From positions 5,580 through 69,579 of the forward strand of contig CAWAGJ010000006.1 of assembly GCA_963781475.1 (NCBI GenBank): a stretch of 64,000 nucleotides of DNA. The letters run 5' to 3'. The position numbers and the translations under genes are program-made. This DNA is from an uncultured Actinomycetota bacterium (GTDB lineage Bacteria > Actinomycetota > Actinomycetes > Propionibacteriales > Nocardioidaceae). The notes under the pieces were generated by a model. The model saw nothing but the letters and a program-made list of their open reading frames with translations. It did not search any database and had not been told where the DNA came from. Below are positions 1 through 8,421 of the stretch, piece by piece; position 1 is the first letter of the stretch; each line of letters begins with the position of its first letter.

Positions 1-1
1 G

Positions 2-343
2 GAATTCCAGCAGAACTTCATCCGGCTGCTGTTCGGCCTGATGGACCCCAACGCACTGCTCACGATGGGCTGGAAGTGGCAGCGCGGCGACGTGGCCCAC
101 AACACCGGCGGCGACCTCGCCGCGGCCCTGGGTCGGATCACAGCGAAAGTATTCGTGATGCCGATCGAGCAAGACATGTTCTTCCCGCCCCGCGACTGCC
201 AACCGGAGCAGGAACTCACTCCCGGGAGCGAGTTGCGCGTTCTACACAGCATCGCCGGGCACTTCGGTCTTTTCGGATTCGAGCAGTCCTACCTCGACGA
301 GGTCGACGGGCATCTGAAGGAACTGCTCACCACCGAGGCCTGA
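2..343 (+). CDS. alpha/beta-fold hydrolase, MetX (homoserine O-acetyltransferase)-like; C-terminal fragment, 5' end outside window
   Basis: Frame is open from nt 2 (EFQQNFIRLLFGL precedes listed ORF 41..343). The tail ...MPIEQDMFFPPRD...LHSIAGHFGLFG resembles the catalytic-His region of MetX-type hydrolases. TGA at 341-343. Confidence 0.6.
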   Translation, partial: EFQQNFIRLLFGLMDPNALLTMGWKWQRGDVAHNTGGDLAAALGRITAKVFVMPIEQDMFFPPRDCQPEQELTPGSELRVLHSIAGHFGLFGFEQSYLDEVDGHLKELLTTEA

Positions 344-458
344 ACGGTTGCGTCGCGCCGCCTGGAGCCAGTCGGGTCGCGCGCGACCCGGTATCCGATC
401 GGGTTTCGAGACGGCCGCATCTGCCGATGGGCGCGCGCAGGGGGGGCATGATGCACTC

Positions 459-1046
459 ATGGGCAACGCTTGGACCATGGAATGGGGGCACAGTTCCGAC
501 GACCCGGCCCCTCTGCTTCCGCACAGAGATTGGGAGCCTCAGCCTGTCGTCCCCGGCGCGGTACGTGCGGTCAGTGTCGCCATCGATGGCTTCCACGGCG
601 TCCCCGTCGACCCTTTGCTCGTCGCATGGGATAACCAACGAACATCCGTGCGGCTCGCCAATGGTGACCTTCGTTGGTACTCCGATGGGGTCCAGCAAGC
701 GTTCCCGCGGCGAGGCGAAATTGTGGTGGAAGCCGTCGTCGGAAGCGTCTATCCCCGTGACAACCGCTACATGGCCGCGCTCGCTGTGCGGTCGCTGGAG
801 GATCTTGTCGAGACCGTGAATGCGGAAGAGATCACCTTGATCGACGAGGACGGCACGATCCACATCTACGGCGAGCACGACAACAGTCGTGGCACAGCGG
901 TTCGTGCGCCGGACAGCGGGATCATCATTCGAGCCTCTGGGCTCGAGGGCACCAGTCCATGGAAGCTCGAGGTCCTAGCGACCCGCCTCCTCGAAGAAGC
1001 TCAGGGGCTGCTCAAACCGATGAACGTTGCGCCGCCGACACTCTGA
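459..1046 (+). CDS. hypothetical protein (no recognisable family)
   Basis: ORF 348..1046. The first ATG followed by balanced, non-Arg-rich composition is at 459 (MGNAWTMEWGH...). Lies in a visibly lower-G+C stretch. Confidence 0.55.
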   Translation: MGNAWTMEWGHSSDDPAPLLPHRDWEPQPVVPGAVRAVSVAIDGFHGVPVDPLLVAWDNQRTSVRLANGDLRWYSDGVQQAFPRRGEIVVEAVVGSVYPRDNRYMAALAVRSLEDLVETVNAEEITLIDEDGTIHIYGEHDNSRGTAVRAPDSGIIIRASGLEGTSPWKLEVLATRLLEEAQGLLKPMNVAPPTL

Positions 1047-1577
1047 GCACGGCACAGACGGTGGATTAAATTGGTCGTCGCAACACCTCGACCAGGAAAT
1101 GCGCAGCGGCAAGTTCGAGGAAGCCGATGCCGGATCGGCTCGCGTGCCAGTGACCGATCGGCCTACGGGACGTCACCGCAGGGTGAGGTGTCACCTATCC
1201 GTGCAGCAGCGCCCCAGGAGCAACCGCATCGCGCTGTGAGAGCCGTCCGGCGAACGCGCTCATCGCCTGGAACGCCCCCATCTCTGGTCCGTCCGCGACC
1301 ATCTCCTGCTGCAAGGGTTCCTCGAGCTCTGGGACCTGGGTGCGAGCCCTGGTGACGACGGAAGAACGGAGAGCGCCCGCCAGGCTGACTCGTCGTTCCT
1401 GAGAGCAAGACTTCCAGGAGCCTCATCAGACCGCACGCTCATGCCGCGCACCACGCGGTCGTTGCCGATGGGCGCTGCCACGCATCATTCCATTCCGTCA
1501 CGACCCGGACCGGTTCGAGCTAGCCTGCCCGGGTTGAGCGAGTCAGACGGGGTCGCTCGTCTCATGGGGGTCGTCTG

Positions 1578-2363
1578 ATGTCTGTACGGACCGCGATCGG
1601 CCGAGACCTTCGCACCACGGTGGTCGCGGTCATCGCGGCGTCGGTGGTGGCTGGCCCCTCCGCGGCTGCGGTCGCGTATGTCGTCAACGCCGACAAGGTC
1701 GACAACAAGCACGCTGTCGGCGCAGGTTCCGCTGTCTCGACGCGCGAGGGCAAGCTGGTCGCCACGAGCTCGAGGACCGGTCTCCTGCCCAACAACATCA
1801 TTGCGAAGGCGCCCAACAGCGAGAGCCTCGACGGCCTGGACTCCCGTGACTTCCTCCGCGCGAACGGCACGGCCGCGGACGCCGACAAGCTGGACGGCCG
1901 CGAGCTCGGCGACCTGCTACCCATGCAGGTGTCGGCGGAGTTCGGCAACCCGGAGGGCGGGCCGATCGCTCCCTTGTCCAACCGGCCCGACGACATCGCC
2001 CAGATCTCCATGACGGTCCCTGGACCAGGGCGCGTCCAGGTGGACGGTCAGACGGTGCTCTTCGGCAGTTTCCCGTCGACCTCGTACGCGCATGCTGACT
2101 TGTCGATCAGCTCGACACCCGATACCCACAATCCCTCGGACGCCGGCATCGCCATCTGGGCCGTCCCCGCGGAAGGGACCAGCGAGTCCACGACAGCTGT
2201 TCACTACGAGACCATTCCAACGACGCGTACCTTCGAGGTCACCGAAGCCGGCACCTACACGTACTACGTGGTCGCCAAGGGCGGCACCTCGGCCGCCTAT
2301 CCCGGCGACACGCTGTACCACTACTCGAGTCAAGTTCAGGCTCAGTACTTTCCAACCCCTTAG
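1578..2363 (+). CDS. secreted/membrane-anchored hypothetical protein with three tail-fibre-like xADKLDGxxxxxF motifs
   Basis: ORF 1578..2363. N-terminal hydrophobic segment TTVVAVIAASVVAGPSAAAVA. Motifs NADKVDNKHA, NSESLDGLDSRDF and DADKLDGRELGDL, followed by a Thr/Tyr-rich beta-type C-terminal domain. Confidence 0.7.
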   Translation: MSVRTAIGRDLRTTVVAVIAASVVAGPSAAAVAYVVNADKVDNKHAVGAGSAVSTREGKLVATSSRTGLLPNNIIAKAPNSESLDGLDSRDFLRANGTAADADKLDGRELGDLLPMQVSAEFGNPEGGPIAPLSNRPDDIAQISMTVPGPGRVQVDGQTVLFGSFPSTSYAHADLSISSTPDTHNPSDAGIAIWAVPAEGTSESTTAVHYETIPTTRTFEVTEAGTYTYYVVAKGGTSAAYPGDTLYHYSSQVQAQYFPTP

Positions 2364-2483
2364 GGCTCTGTCGGCCACCGGCGGCAAGAAGGCGGCACAC
2401 GTCGACGACCACGATGGGGGTCGCGCCATCCGTGCGGCCGAAGGGGCCACCGCCGTCGTGGACGCAGAACAGGCTCTGACCAG

Positions 2484-2744
2484 TCAGACCTGGCTCTTGC
2501 GCCGCCGCAGGCCCGCCCGGACCAGGGCGGCGACGAGCACGCGCGGCGACACCTCCACGGCGCCCCGCGCGACCATGTCGGCGTACCACTCCTGGGGCAC
2601 GTCGTAGTGGTCGCGGTCGAAGCCGCGCTCGGGGATCCCGACCTCCCGGGCGAAGGCGTGCAGCTCGGCGTAGGAGGTGTCCGAGGCCAGGTGCGACCAC
2701 CGCTTCCCGCGCCACTCCACCAGGGGCGGGTCGATCAGGATCAC
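2484..2744 (-). CDS. DUF4031 domain-containing protein
   Basis: C-terminal 86 codons of ORF 2484..3431. GTG start at 2744 overlaps the cutC stop (GTGA). The motif RWSHLASDT..ELHAFA..G....F...HYDV is typical of DUF4031. Confidence 0.75.
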   Translation of the reverse strand: MILIDPPLVEWRGKRWSHLASDTSYAELHAFAREVGIPERGFDRDHYDVPQEWYADMVARGAVEVSPRVLVAALVRAGLRRRKSQV

Positions 2745-3532
2745 GGAGCCGCCCGGTCGGTGCGCCCGTCGCGGTCGACGGCGTCGTCGAGCAGGCGGCG
2801 CCACGAGCGGACGTACCCCGCGTCGACGTAGGAGCGGTAGCTGGCGCCCGGGCGGACCTGGGTGCCCACGTGGAGCTGCCGCACGCCCGCGCGGGCGAGC
2901 CACGGGACGTGCTCGGCGGCCAGACCCCCGGCGGGCATCAGCAGCCGCGCCACCTCCGGCGAGCGGCGGGCCAGGGCCAGCAGGTCCTCGTAGCCCTGGG
3001 CCAAGCCCTGCGGCGACCCGGCGGAGCGCACCGAGGTGACCCCGGGCAGGTCGACCACGCGGCCCCAGGAGCGCACGGGGTCGAGGGTGTCGTCGAGGGC
3101 GCGGTGGAAGGTCCACGGCGTCCCCGGGACCGCCGACAGCAGCGTGCGGCAGGCCGGCACGTCGACCTCCAGGTCGGCGTCGAGGAAGCCGAGCACGACG
3201 CCCTCGGCGCCCAGCGCGACGTACTCCCGGGCGAGGTCGGCGAGGCGGTCCAGGGAGGACGCGTCGGCGGCGTACGGTGCCGCGCCGTCGGCCGGTGGCA
3301 GCCGGAGCAGGGCGCGCACCGGGAGCCCGCTGGACCGGGCGACGGACGAGACCAGGGCCGGCTCGGGCGCGGTGGCGTACGACGCCCCCGGCGCGACCAC
3401 CGCGAGCCGGTCCGCACCGCCCTCGACGCACCCCGGCACGTCGCGCGGGTGGGTGACCGCCACCTCGAGCAGGCCGCGCGCCTGCTGCGTCCCGGCGGGG
3501 TCGCGGGGCCCCCCGGCCGTGGCGTCGCTCAT
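2741..3532 (-). CDS. cutC: copper homeostasis protein CutC family
   Basis: ORF 2741..3712 with an internal ATG at 3532 (MSDATAGG...). LLEVAV....D...C.EGGADR..VV and later GV..LHVG are CutC TIM-barrel-like. The region upstream of M61 is Arg/Ala-rich junk. Confidence 0.8.
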   Translation of the reverse strand: MSDATAGGPRDPAGTQQARGLLEVAVTHPRDVPGCVEGGADRLAVVAPGASYATAPEPALVSSVARSSGLPVRALLRLPPADGAAPYAADASSLDRLADLAREYVALGAEGVVLGFLDADLEVDVPACRTLLSAVPGTPWTFHRALDDTLDPVRSWGRVVDLPGVTSVRSAGSPQGLAQGYEDLLALARRSPEVARLLMPAGGLAAEHVPWLARAGVRQLHVGTQVRPGASYRSYVDAGYVRSWRRLLDDAVDRDGRTDRAAP

Positions 3533-3596
3533 CGGGCCAGGGTAGACGGCGCGGCCGGCGGGGCGGCCGGTTTGCCCGGTCGCGCAGACTTGTCCC

Positions 3597-3953
3597 ATGG
3601 ACGTCGCCCTCATCCTCGCCGCCCGCGCGCGCGTCCTCGCCGACCTCGAGGCCCGTCGCGAGGCCAGCCCCGGCGCCGTGTCGGCGCTCGAGGAGGCGTG
3701 CTCGTCACGCACCTGGTGGGCCGAGCAGTGGCCGGCCGGCGAGGTGTACGTCGCCGGGCTCGTCGCGCAGGACGTCCAGGACGCGCTGGTCGAGGCGGGC
3801 GACCGGTGGCCGCTCTGCCTGGGCTGCGAGGACCTCCCGCAGCACGCGCTCTACATCCAGCCCGACCTCGGCGGGCCCGACCCGCACTGGGTCTGCGAGG
3901 AGAGCGCGACCGTCGCGGCCCCGCTCGGCGCCCTGGCCTCCTGGCGAGGCTGA
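3597..3953 (+). CDS. hypothetical protein
   Basis: ORF 3597..3953 with GC3-rich codon usage and balanced composition (WPLCLGCEDLPQHALYIQPD...). No family recognised. Confidence 0.6.
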   Translation: MDVALILAARARVLADLEARREASPGAVSALEEACSSRTWWAEQWPAGEVYVAGLVAQDVQDALVEAGDRWPLCLGCEDLPQHALYIQPDLGGPDPHWVCEESATVAAPLGALASWRG

Positions 3954-3960
3954 GCCCCAC

Positions 3961-4074
3961 CGCGAGCGTCACCTCGGGGCGTCGCCAGCGTCATCTCGGC
4001 CCATTTTCAGCGTCATCTCGGCGGGGTGCCGCCGTCATCTGGGCCGGGCGGGAGTGTCACCTCGGCAGGGCGGG
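3961..4074 (+). repeat. 22-bp phased tandem repeat array A (5 units, GTCAYCTSGG orientation)
   Basis: Cores start at 3968, 3990, 4012, 4034 and 4056, exactly 22 bp apart. The array fills the whole gap between convergent genes ending at 3953 and 4075. Confidence 0.9.
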
Positions 4075-4797
4075 TCAGCCGCAGATCTGGAGCCAGAGGG
4101 TGAAGCGGTCCGCGCGGTAGACGCTGCGGGAGACCTCGACGACCTTCTCGTCGGCCACGGCGCGGCGCGAGTGGCGCAGCACCACCGAGCCGGGCTCGAC
4201 CTCGAGCAGGCCCGCCTCCTCGACGCCGGCGACGTCGGCGGTGATCGAGTCCTCCGCCCAGGTCGGGCGCAGGCCGCGGGTGCCGAGGTCGGCGTACAGG
4301 CTGGTGGGCATGCCGCGCTGCAGGAAGCCGGGCAGCAGGATCTCGGTGAGGTAGGCGTCCTCGATGCAGACCGCGGTGCCGTCGCCGCGGCGCAGGCGGC
4401 GCCAGTGGATGACCGGGTCGCCCTCGGTCAGGCTCAGCGCCCGGGCGACACCGGGGCCGGCCTGCTCGCGGCGCGCCAGCAGCGTCTGCGACTCGGCGAG
4501 GACGCCGCGGCGGCGCAGGTCCTCGGTGAACCCGGTGATCCGGCCACGGTTGCGCTGGGGACGGGCCACGAAGGTGCCCCGCCCGGGGATCCGCTCGAGG
4601 ATGCCCTCGGTGACCAGCGTGTCCAGGGCCTGCCGCACGGTCATCCGGGCCACGCCGAACATCGCGACCAGCTCGCGCTCGGAGGGGGCGGCCGCGCCGG
4701 GGGCCGCACCGGCCACGAGGTCGCGGACGTACTCCCGCACCTGGACGTGCTTCAGGGCCCGGCCGTCGGAGCGGTGCTCGGTGGTGGTCTCGGTCAC
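4075..4797 (-). CDS. GntR-family transcriptional regulator, HutC subfamily (wHTH + UTRA)
   Basis: ORF 4075..4797. SERELVAMFGVARMTVRQALDTLVTEGILERIPGRGTFV is a GntR HTH. The C-terminal part is UTRA-like. Confidence 0.9.
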   Translation of the reverse strand: MTETTTEHRSDGRALKHVQVREYVRDLVAGAAPGAAAPSERELVAMFGVARMTVRQALDTLVTEGILERIPGRGTFVARPQRNRGRITGFTEDLRRRGVLAESQTLLARREQAGPGVARALSLTEGDPVIHWRRLRRGDGTAVCIEDAYLTEILLPGFLQRGMPTSLYADLGTRGLRPTWAEDSITADVAGVEEAGLLEVEPGSVVLRHSRRAVADEKVVEVSRSVYRADRFTLWLQICG

Positions 4798-4985
4798 GGG
4801 CGTCAGCCTAGGCGGCAGCGGGCCCTCCCGTCATCAGAACCCGACAACCCGGCCACGGCTCGACGCAGGAGTACGCCGCGCAGCGTCGTCGCAGGTCAGA
4901 CGGGTCGCCGCACCAGCCGCCGGGGGCCTCGCGGTCTCGTCGGCCAGAACACCGGTCCGCGCGCCCGCACCGACGCCGGACCGGG

Positions 4986-7541
4986 TCACTCGGTGCCGAT
5001 CGCCGCGAGCACGTCGAGCCGGGCCGCGCGGCGGGCCGGCAGGACCGCGGCGAGCATCCCGACCACCACCGACAGCGCGAGGAACAGCCCGAGCTGGCCC
5101 AGCGGCACGCTGATCACCTCCAGGCCCTCCTCGCGCAGCGCGTACATCAGCGCGACGCCGAACACGACGCCGAGCACCGTCCCGAGCACGGCGCCCAGCA
5201 CGGAGATGACCACCGACTCCAGCGTGACCATCCAGCGCAGCTGCACCCGGGTCACCCCGATGGCGCGCAGCAGGCCGATCTCGCGGGTGCGCTCGAGCAC
5301 CGACAGCGCCAGGGTGTTCACGATGCCGAGCACCGCGATCAGGAGCGCCAGGCCGAGCAGGGCGAAGACCAGCAGCACGAACTGGTCGACCGGCTCGCGC
5401 TGCTCGGCGGCGAACGCGGCCTGGTCCTTGACCGTCACGACGGGCTGGTCGGCCACCACGGCCTCGAGCCCGGCCTGCACGGCCTCGCGTCCCTCGGCGT
5501 CCAGCCGGTCGTCGGCGTCCACCACCACCAGGTTGTCCTGGGGCGCGACCCCGGCGGCGTCCAGGGTCGCCACCGAGGTCAGCACCGGGAAGAACACCAC
5601 CGGGTTGGCCGCGAACAGACCCACGACCCGCCACGACCGCTCCCCGGCCGGCAGCGCCGCCACCAGCCGGTCGCCGACGGCGAGGCCCTCGTCGGCGGCG
5701 AAGTCCTGCTCCAGCAGCACGCTGCCGCGCTCGAGGTCGCCGGCGTCGCCGTCCACCACGTCGAGCTCCAGGGTGCCGAGGCTGCCGGGGTCGGTGCCGA
5801 CGACGCCCTGGGTGCCGGCGCCGTCGATCACGGCGCGGGCCGCCCGCTGCCGCACGACCGAGGCGACGCCGTCGACCCGGACCATCTCGTCGGCCACCGT
5901 CGGGGAGAAGGCGCCCGCGACGACGTTGCCCACGACGAAGTCCCCGACGAAGCCCTCCTCCACCGCCCGGTCCACCGAGGCCTTCGCGGAGTCGCCGATG
6001 ATCGCCATCGTGCAGGCCAGGGTCAGCCCGATCATCAGCGCCGAGGCGGTGGCCGTCGTGCGCCGCGGGTTGCGCAACGAGTTCTGCCCGGCCAGGGCGC
6101 CGATGCTGCCGAAGGCCCGGGCGTAGCCGACCCGCGCGAGCACGAGCAGCGGGCGGCTCAGGACCGGGCTCGCCGCGGCCACCCCGAGCAGGACCAGCAG
6201 GACCCCGGCCCCGACCCACCAGCCCGCCCGGGGCACCGACGCGAACAGCCCCGCGACCAGCACGCCGGCGCCGACGGCGGCCAGCGCCAGCCCCCCGAGG
6301 AAGCGGGTGCGCAGGGAGCCCTCGGGCAGCGCCACGTCGTCGCCCAGCGCCTGGACCGGGACGATCCGCGCGGTGCGCAGGGCCGGGAGCAGGGCGGCGA
6401 GGAGCGTGACGACGACGCCCACCCCGTACGCCGCCAGGACCGTGCGGGGGGCGAGCACCAGCCCCTGGCCGGCCAGGTCCAGCCCGACGCGGGCGAAGAC
6501 GGCGCGGATCCCGCGCGCCAGGAGCACCCCCAGCCCCAGGCCGAGCGTCGACCCGAGGAGGCCGACGAGGAGCGCCTCGAGCAGCACCGAGGCGGTGACC
6601 TGGCGCTGGGAGGCGCCGAGCGCACGCAGCAGGGCCAGCTCGCGGCTGCGCTGGGCGACCAGGATGGAGAAGGTGTTGACGATCAGGAACGCCCCGACCA
6701 CCAGCGCGATGCCGGCGAAGATCAGCAGGAAGGTGGTCAGGAACGACACCGCCTCCAGCAGCCCGCTGGCGGCCTGGTCCGCGGCCCGCTCCCCCGTGAC
6801 GGCCTCGACGCCGGCGGGCAGCACCTCCTCGGCCTGCGCGACGAGCTCCTCCTGCGAGGTGCCGTCGGCGGCGGTGACCCACACGTCGGTGAAGGCGTCC
6901 TCGCCCCGCAGGAAGAGGTCCTGGGCCACGGGGGTGGAGAAGGAGGCCAGCGTGGCGCCGTTGAGGGAGCCGCCGCCCGGGAAGCCGGACAGCCCGACCA
7001 GCTCGGCCTCCAGCCGCGGGGTGGCGGTGGCGGTGAGGAGCGGCACGGCGTCGCCCACGGCGTACCCGGCCTGCTCGGCGGTGCGCGCGTCGAGGACCAC
7101 CTCGCCCTCCGCGGCCGGCGCGCGCCCCTCGACGATGCTGAGCCCCTGGAGCCCGCCCGCGGCGGGCGCGTCGCTGAAGCTCTCGCCGAGCGCCGGCGGA
7201 CCCACGCCGCCCACGACCTTGCCGTCGGTCCCGACGACGTAGACCCCGACGGCCCCGACGTTGCCGTCGGCGCGGGCGGCCCCGGGCAGGGCGGCCAGCT
7301 CGTCGACGAGTCCGGCCGGCACGGTCACCGTGCCCGGCCCGCCCTCCGCCGCCCCGGCCCCGGCCGGTCGGACCACGACGTCGCCGACGGTCGCGTCGAA
7401 CAGCGCGGTGAAGCTGCGGTCGAGGGTGTCGGAGAAGACCAGCGAGCCGACGACGAAGGCGACCCCGAGGACCACCGCGAACGTGCTCATCAGCAGGCGG
7501 ACCTTGCGCCCGAGCAGGCTCTTCAGGCTGGCGACCAGCAC
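4986..7541 (-). CDS. ABC transporter permease, FtsX/MacB-like with two FtsX domains
   Basis: ORF 4986..7541 (851 aa). N-terminal TM, large extracytoplasmic domains and two 4-TM FtsX-type blocks (...LRALGASQRQV..., ...LRAIGVTRVQL...). Confidence 0.9.
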   Translation of the reverse strand: MLVASLKSLLGRKVRLLMSTFAVVLGVAFVVGSLVFSDTLDRSFTALFDATVGDVVVRPAGAGAAEGGPGTVTVPAGLVDELAALPGAARADGNVGAVGVYVVGTDGKVVGGVGPPALGESFSDAPAAGGLQGLSIVEGRAPAAEGEVVLDARTAEQAGYAVGDAVPLLTATATPRLEAELVGLSGFPGGGSLNGATLASFSTPVAQDLFLRGEDAFTDVWVTAADGTSQEELVAQAEEVLPAGVEAVTGERAADQAASGLLEAVSFLTTFLLIFAGIALVVGAFLIVNTFSILVAQRSRELALLRALGASQRQVTASVLLEALLVGLLGSTLGLGLGVLLARGIRAVFARVGLDLAGQGLVLAPRTVLAAYGVGVVVTLLAALLPALRTARIVPVQALGDDVALPEGSLRTRFLGGLALAAVGAGVLVAGLFASVPRAGWWVGAGVLLVLLGVAAASPVLSRPLLVLARVGYARAFGSIGALAGQNSLRNPRRTTATASALMIGLTLACTMAIIGDSAKASVDRAVEEGFVGDFVVGNVVAGAFSPTVADEMVRVDGVASVVRQRAARAVIDGAGTQGVVGTDPGSLGTLELDVVDGDAGDLERGSVLLEQDFAADEGLAVGDRLVAALPAGERSWRVVGLFAANPVVFFPVLTSVATLDAAGVAPQDNLVVVDADDRLDAEGREAVQAGLEAVVADQPVVTVKDQAAFAAEQREPVDQFVLLVFALLGLALLIAVLGIVNTLALSVLERTREIGLLRAIGVTRVQLRWMVTLESVVISVLGAVLGTVLGVVFGVALMYALREEGLEVISVPLGQLGLFLALSVVVGMLAAVLPARRAARLDVLAAIGTE

Positions 7542-7548
7542 GGCGGCC

Positions 7549-8301
7549 TCAGCCGGCCCGGGGGGCGGCGGCCAGGTCGGCCATCACCGCGAGGACCAGG
7601 TCGCGGTCGGGCCGTTCCAGGTCGTGCACCACCCGGCCGTCGGCCAGGAACAGCACCCGGTCGCAGTACGCCGCCGCGACCGGGTCGTGGGTCACCATGA
7701 CCACGGTCTGCCCGTGGTCGTCGACCGCGGCCCGGAGCAGGGAGAGGACCTCGGCGCCCGAGCGGGAGTCCAGGTTGCCGGTGGGCTCGTCGGCGAAGAC
7801 GATCCGCGGGCGGCTCACCAGGGCCCGGGCGACGGCCACGCGCTGCTGCTGGCCGCCGGAGAGCTCGCGCGGCTTGTGCCCCAGCCGCGGGCGCAGGTCG
7901 ACGGTGTCGACGACGGCGTCGAACCAGCCCGGGTCGGGCCGGCGGCCGGCGATGGACAGCGGCAGCAGGATGTTCTCCTGCGCGGTCAGGGTCGGCACGA
8001 GGTTGAAGGACTGGAACACGAAGCCGACCTCCTCGCGGCGCAGCCGCGTCAGCGCGGCGTCCCGCATCGTGGTCAGCTCCTGGTCCCCGATCAGCACCGA
8101 GCCGGTGTCGCCCCGGTCGAGCGCCGCGCAGCAGTGCATCAGCGTCGACTTGCCCGACCCGCTCGGCCCCATCACCGCGGTGAACCGACCCGCCTCGAGG
8201 TCCACGCTCACGTCGTCCAGCGCGACCACCCGCGCGTCGCCGGTGCCGTAGGACTTGGTCAGGTTCCGCACCCGGGCGGCGACCTGCGGGCCGGTGGTCA
8301 T
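7549..8301 (-). CDS. ABC transporter ATP-binding protein (MacB/LolD-like)
   Basis: ATG at 8301 inside ORF 7549..8985. Walker A GPSGSGKST, signature LSGGQQQR, Walker B IVFADEPT. 7-nt gap to the permease start. Confidence 0.93.
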   Translation of the reverse strand: MTTGPQVAARVRNLTKSYGTGDARVVALDDVSVDLEAGRFTAVMGPSGSGKSTLMHCCAALDRGDTGSVLIGDQELTTMRDAALTRLRREEVGFVFQSFNLVPTLTAQENILLPLSIAGRRPDPGWFDAVVDTVDLRPRLGHKPRELSGGQQQRVAVARALVSRPRIVFADEPTGNLDSRSGAEVLSLLRAAVDDHGQTVVMVTHDPVAAAYCDRVLFLADGRVVHDLERPDRDLVLAVMADLAAAPRAG

Positions 8302-8383
8302 GACCCCAGCCTGCCGCTCACCCCCAACCGCACCCGGCCCACCCCGCCCCCGACGCACCGGCCACGACACACCGGCCGTGACG

Positions 8384-8399
8384 TCGAACACCTGTTCGA
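8384..8399. promoter_or_regulatory. LexA (SOS) box TCGAAC-N4-GTTCGA
   Basis: TCGAACACCTGTTCGA matches the actinobacterial/Gram-positive LexA consensus perfectly. It sits 22 nt upstream of the alkB-like ATG, in a divergent promoter region. Confidence 0.7.
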
Positions 8400-8421
8400 C
8401 CCGGGGCGTAGGCTGCCCCGC

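Noticed and set aside
1047-1577. Small ORFs in the 530-nt gap (1027..1239, 1071..1355, 1163..1426, 1260..1481, and an unlisted ~35-76-codon minus-strand frame ending at 1195)
   Set aside because: None has a convincing start with RBS, a family motif or consistent codon bias. The minus-strand frame (..LEEPLQQEMVADGPEMGAFQAMSAFAGRLSQRD..) looks slightly protein-like but lacks an upstream start. It may be a gene remnant.
4054-6882. Long ORFs 4054..6126(+), 4364..5113(+) and 4834..6882(-) overlapping the GntR and permease genes
   Set aside because: Extreme Arg/Ala/Gly/Pro or Ser/Thr/Arg composition, typical of off-frame or antisense reading of high-G+C genes. The GntR and FtsX-type proteins in the chosen frames have clear family motifs.
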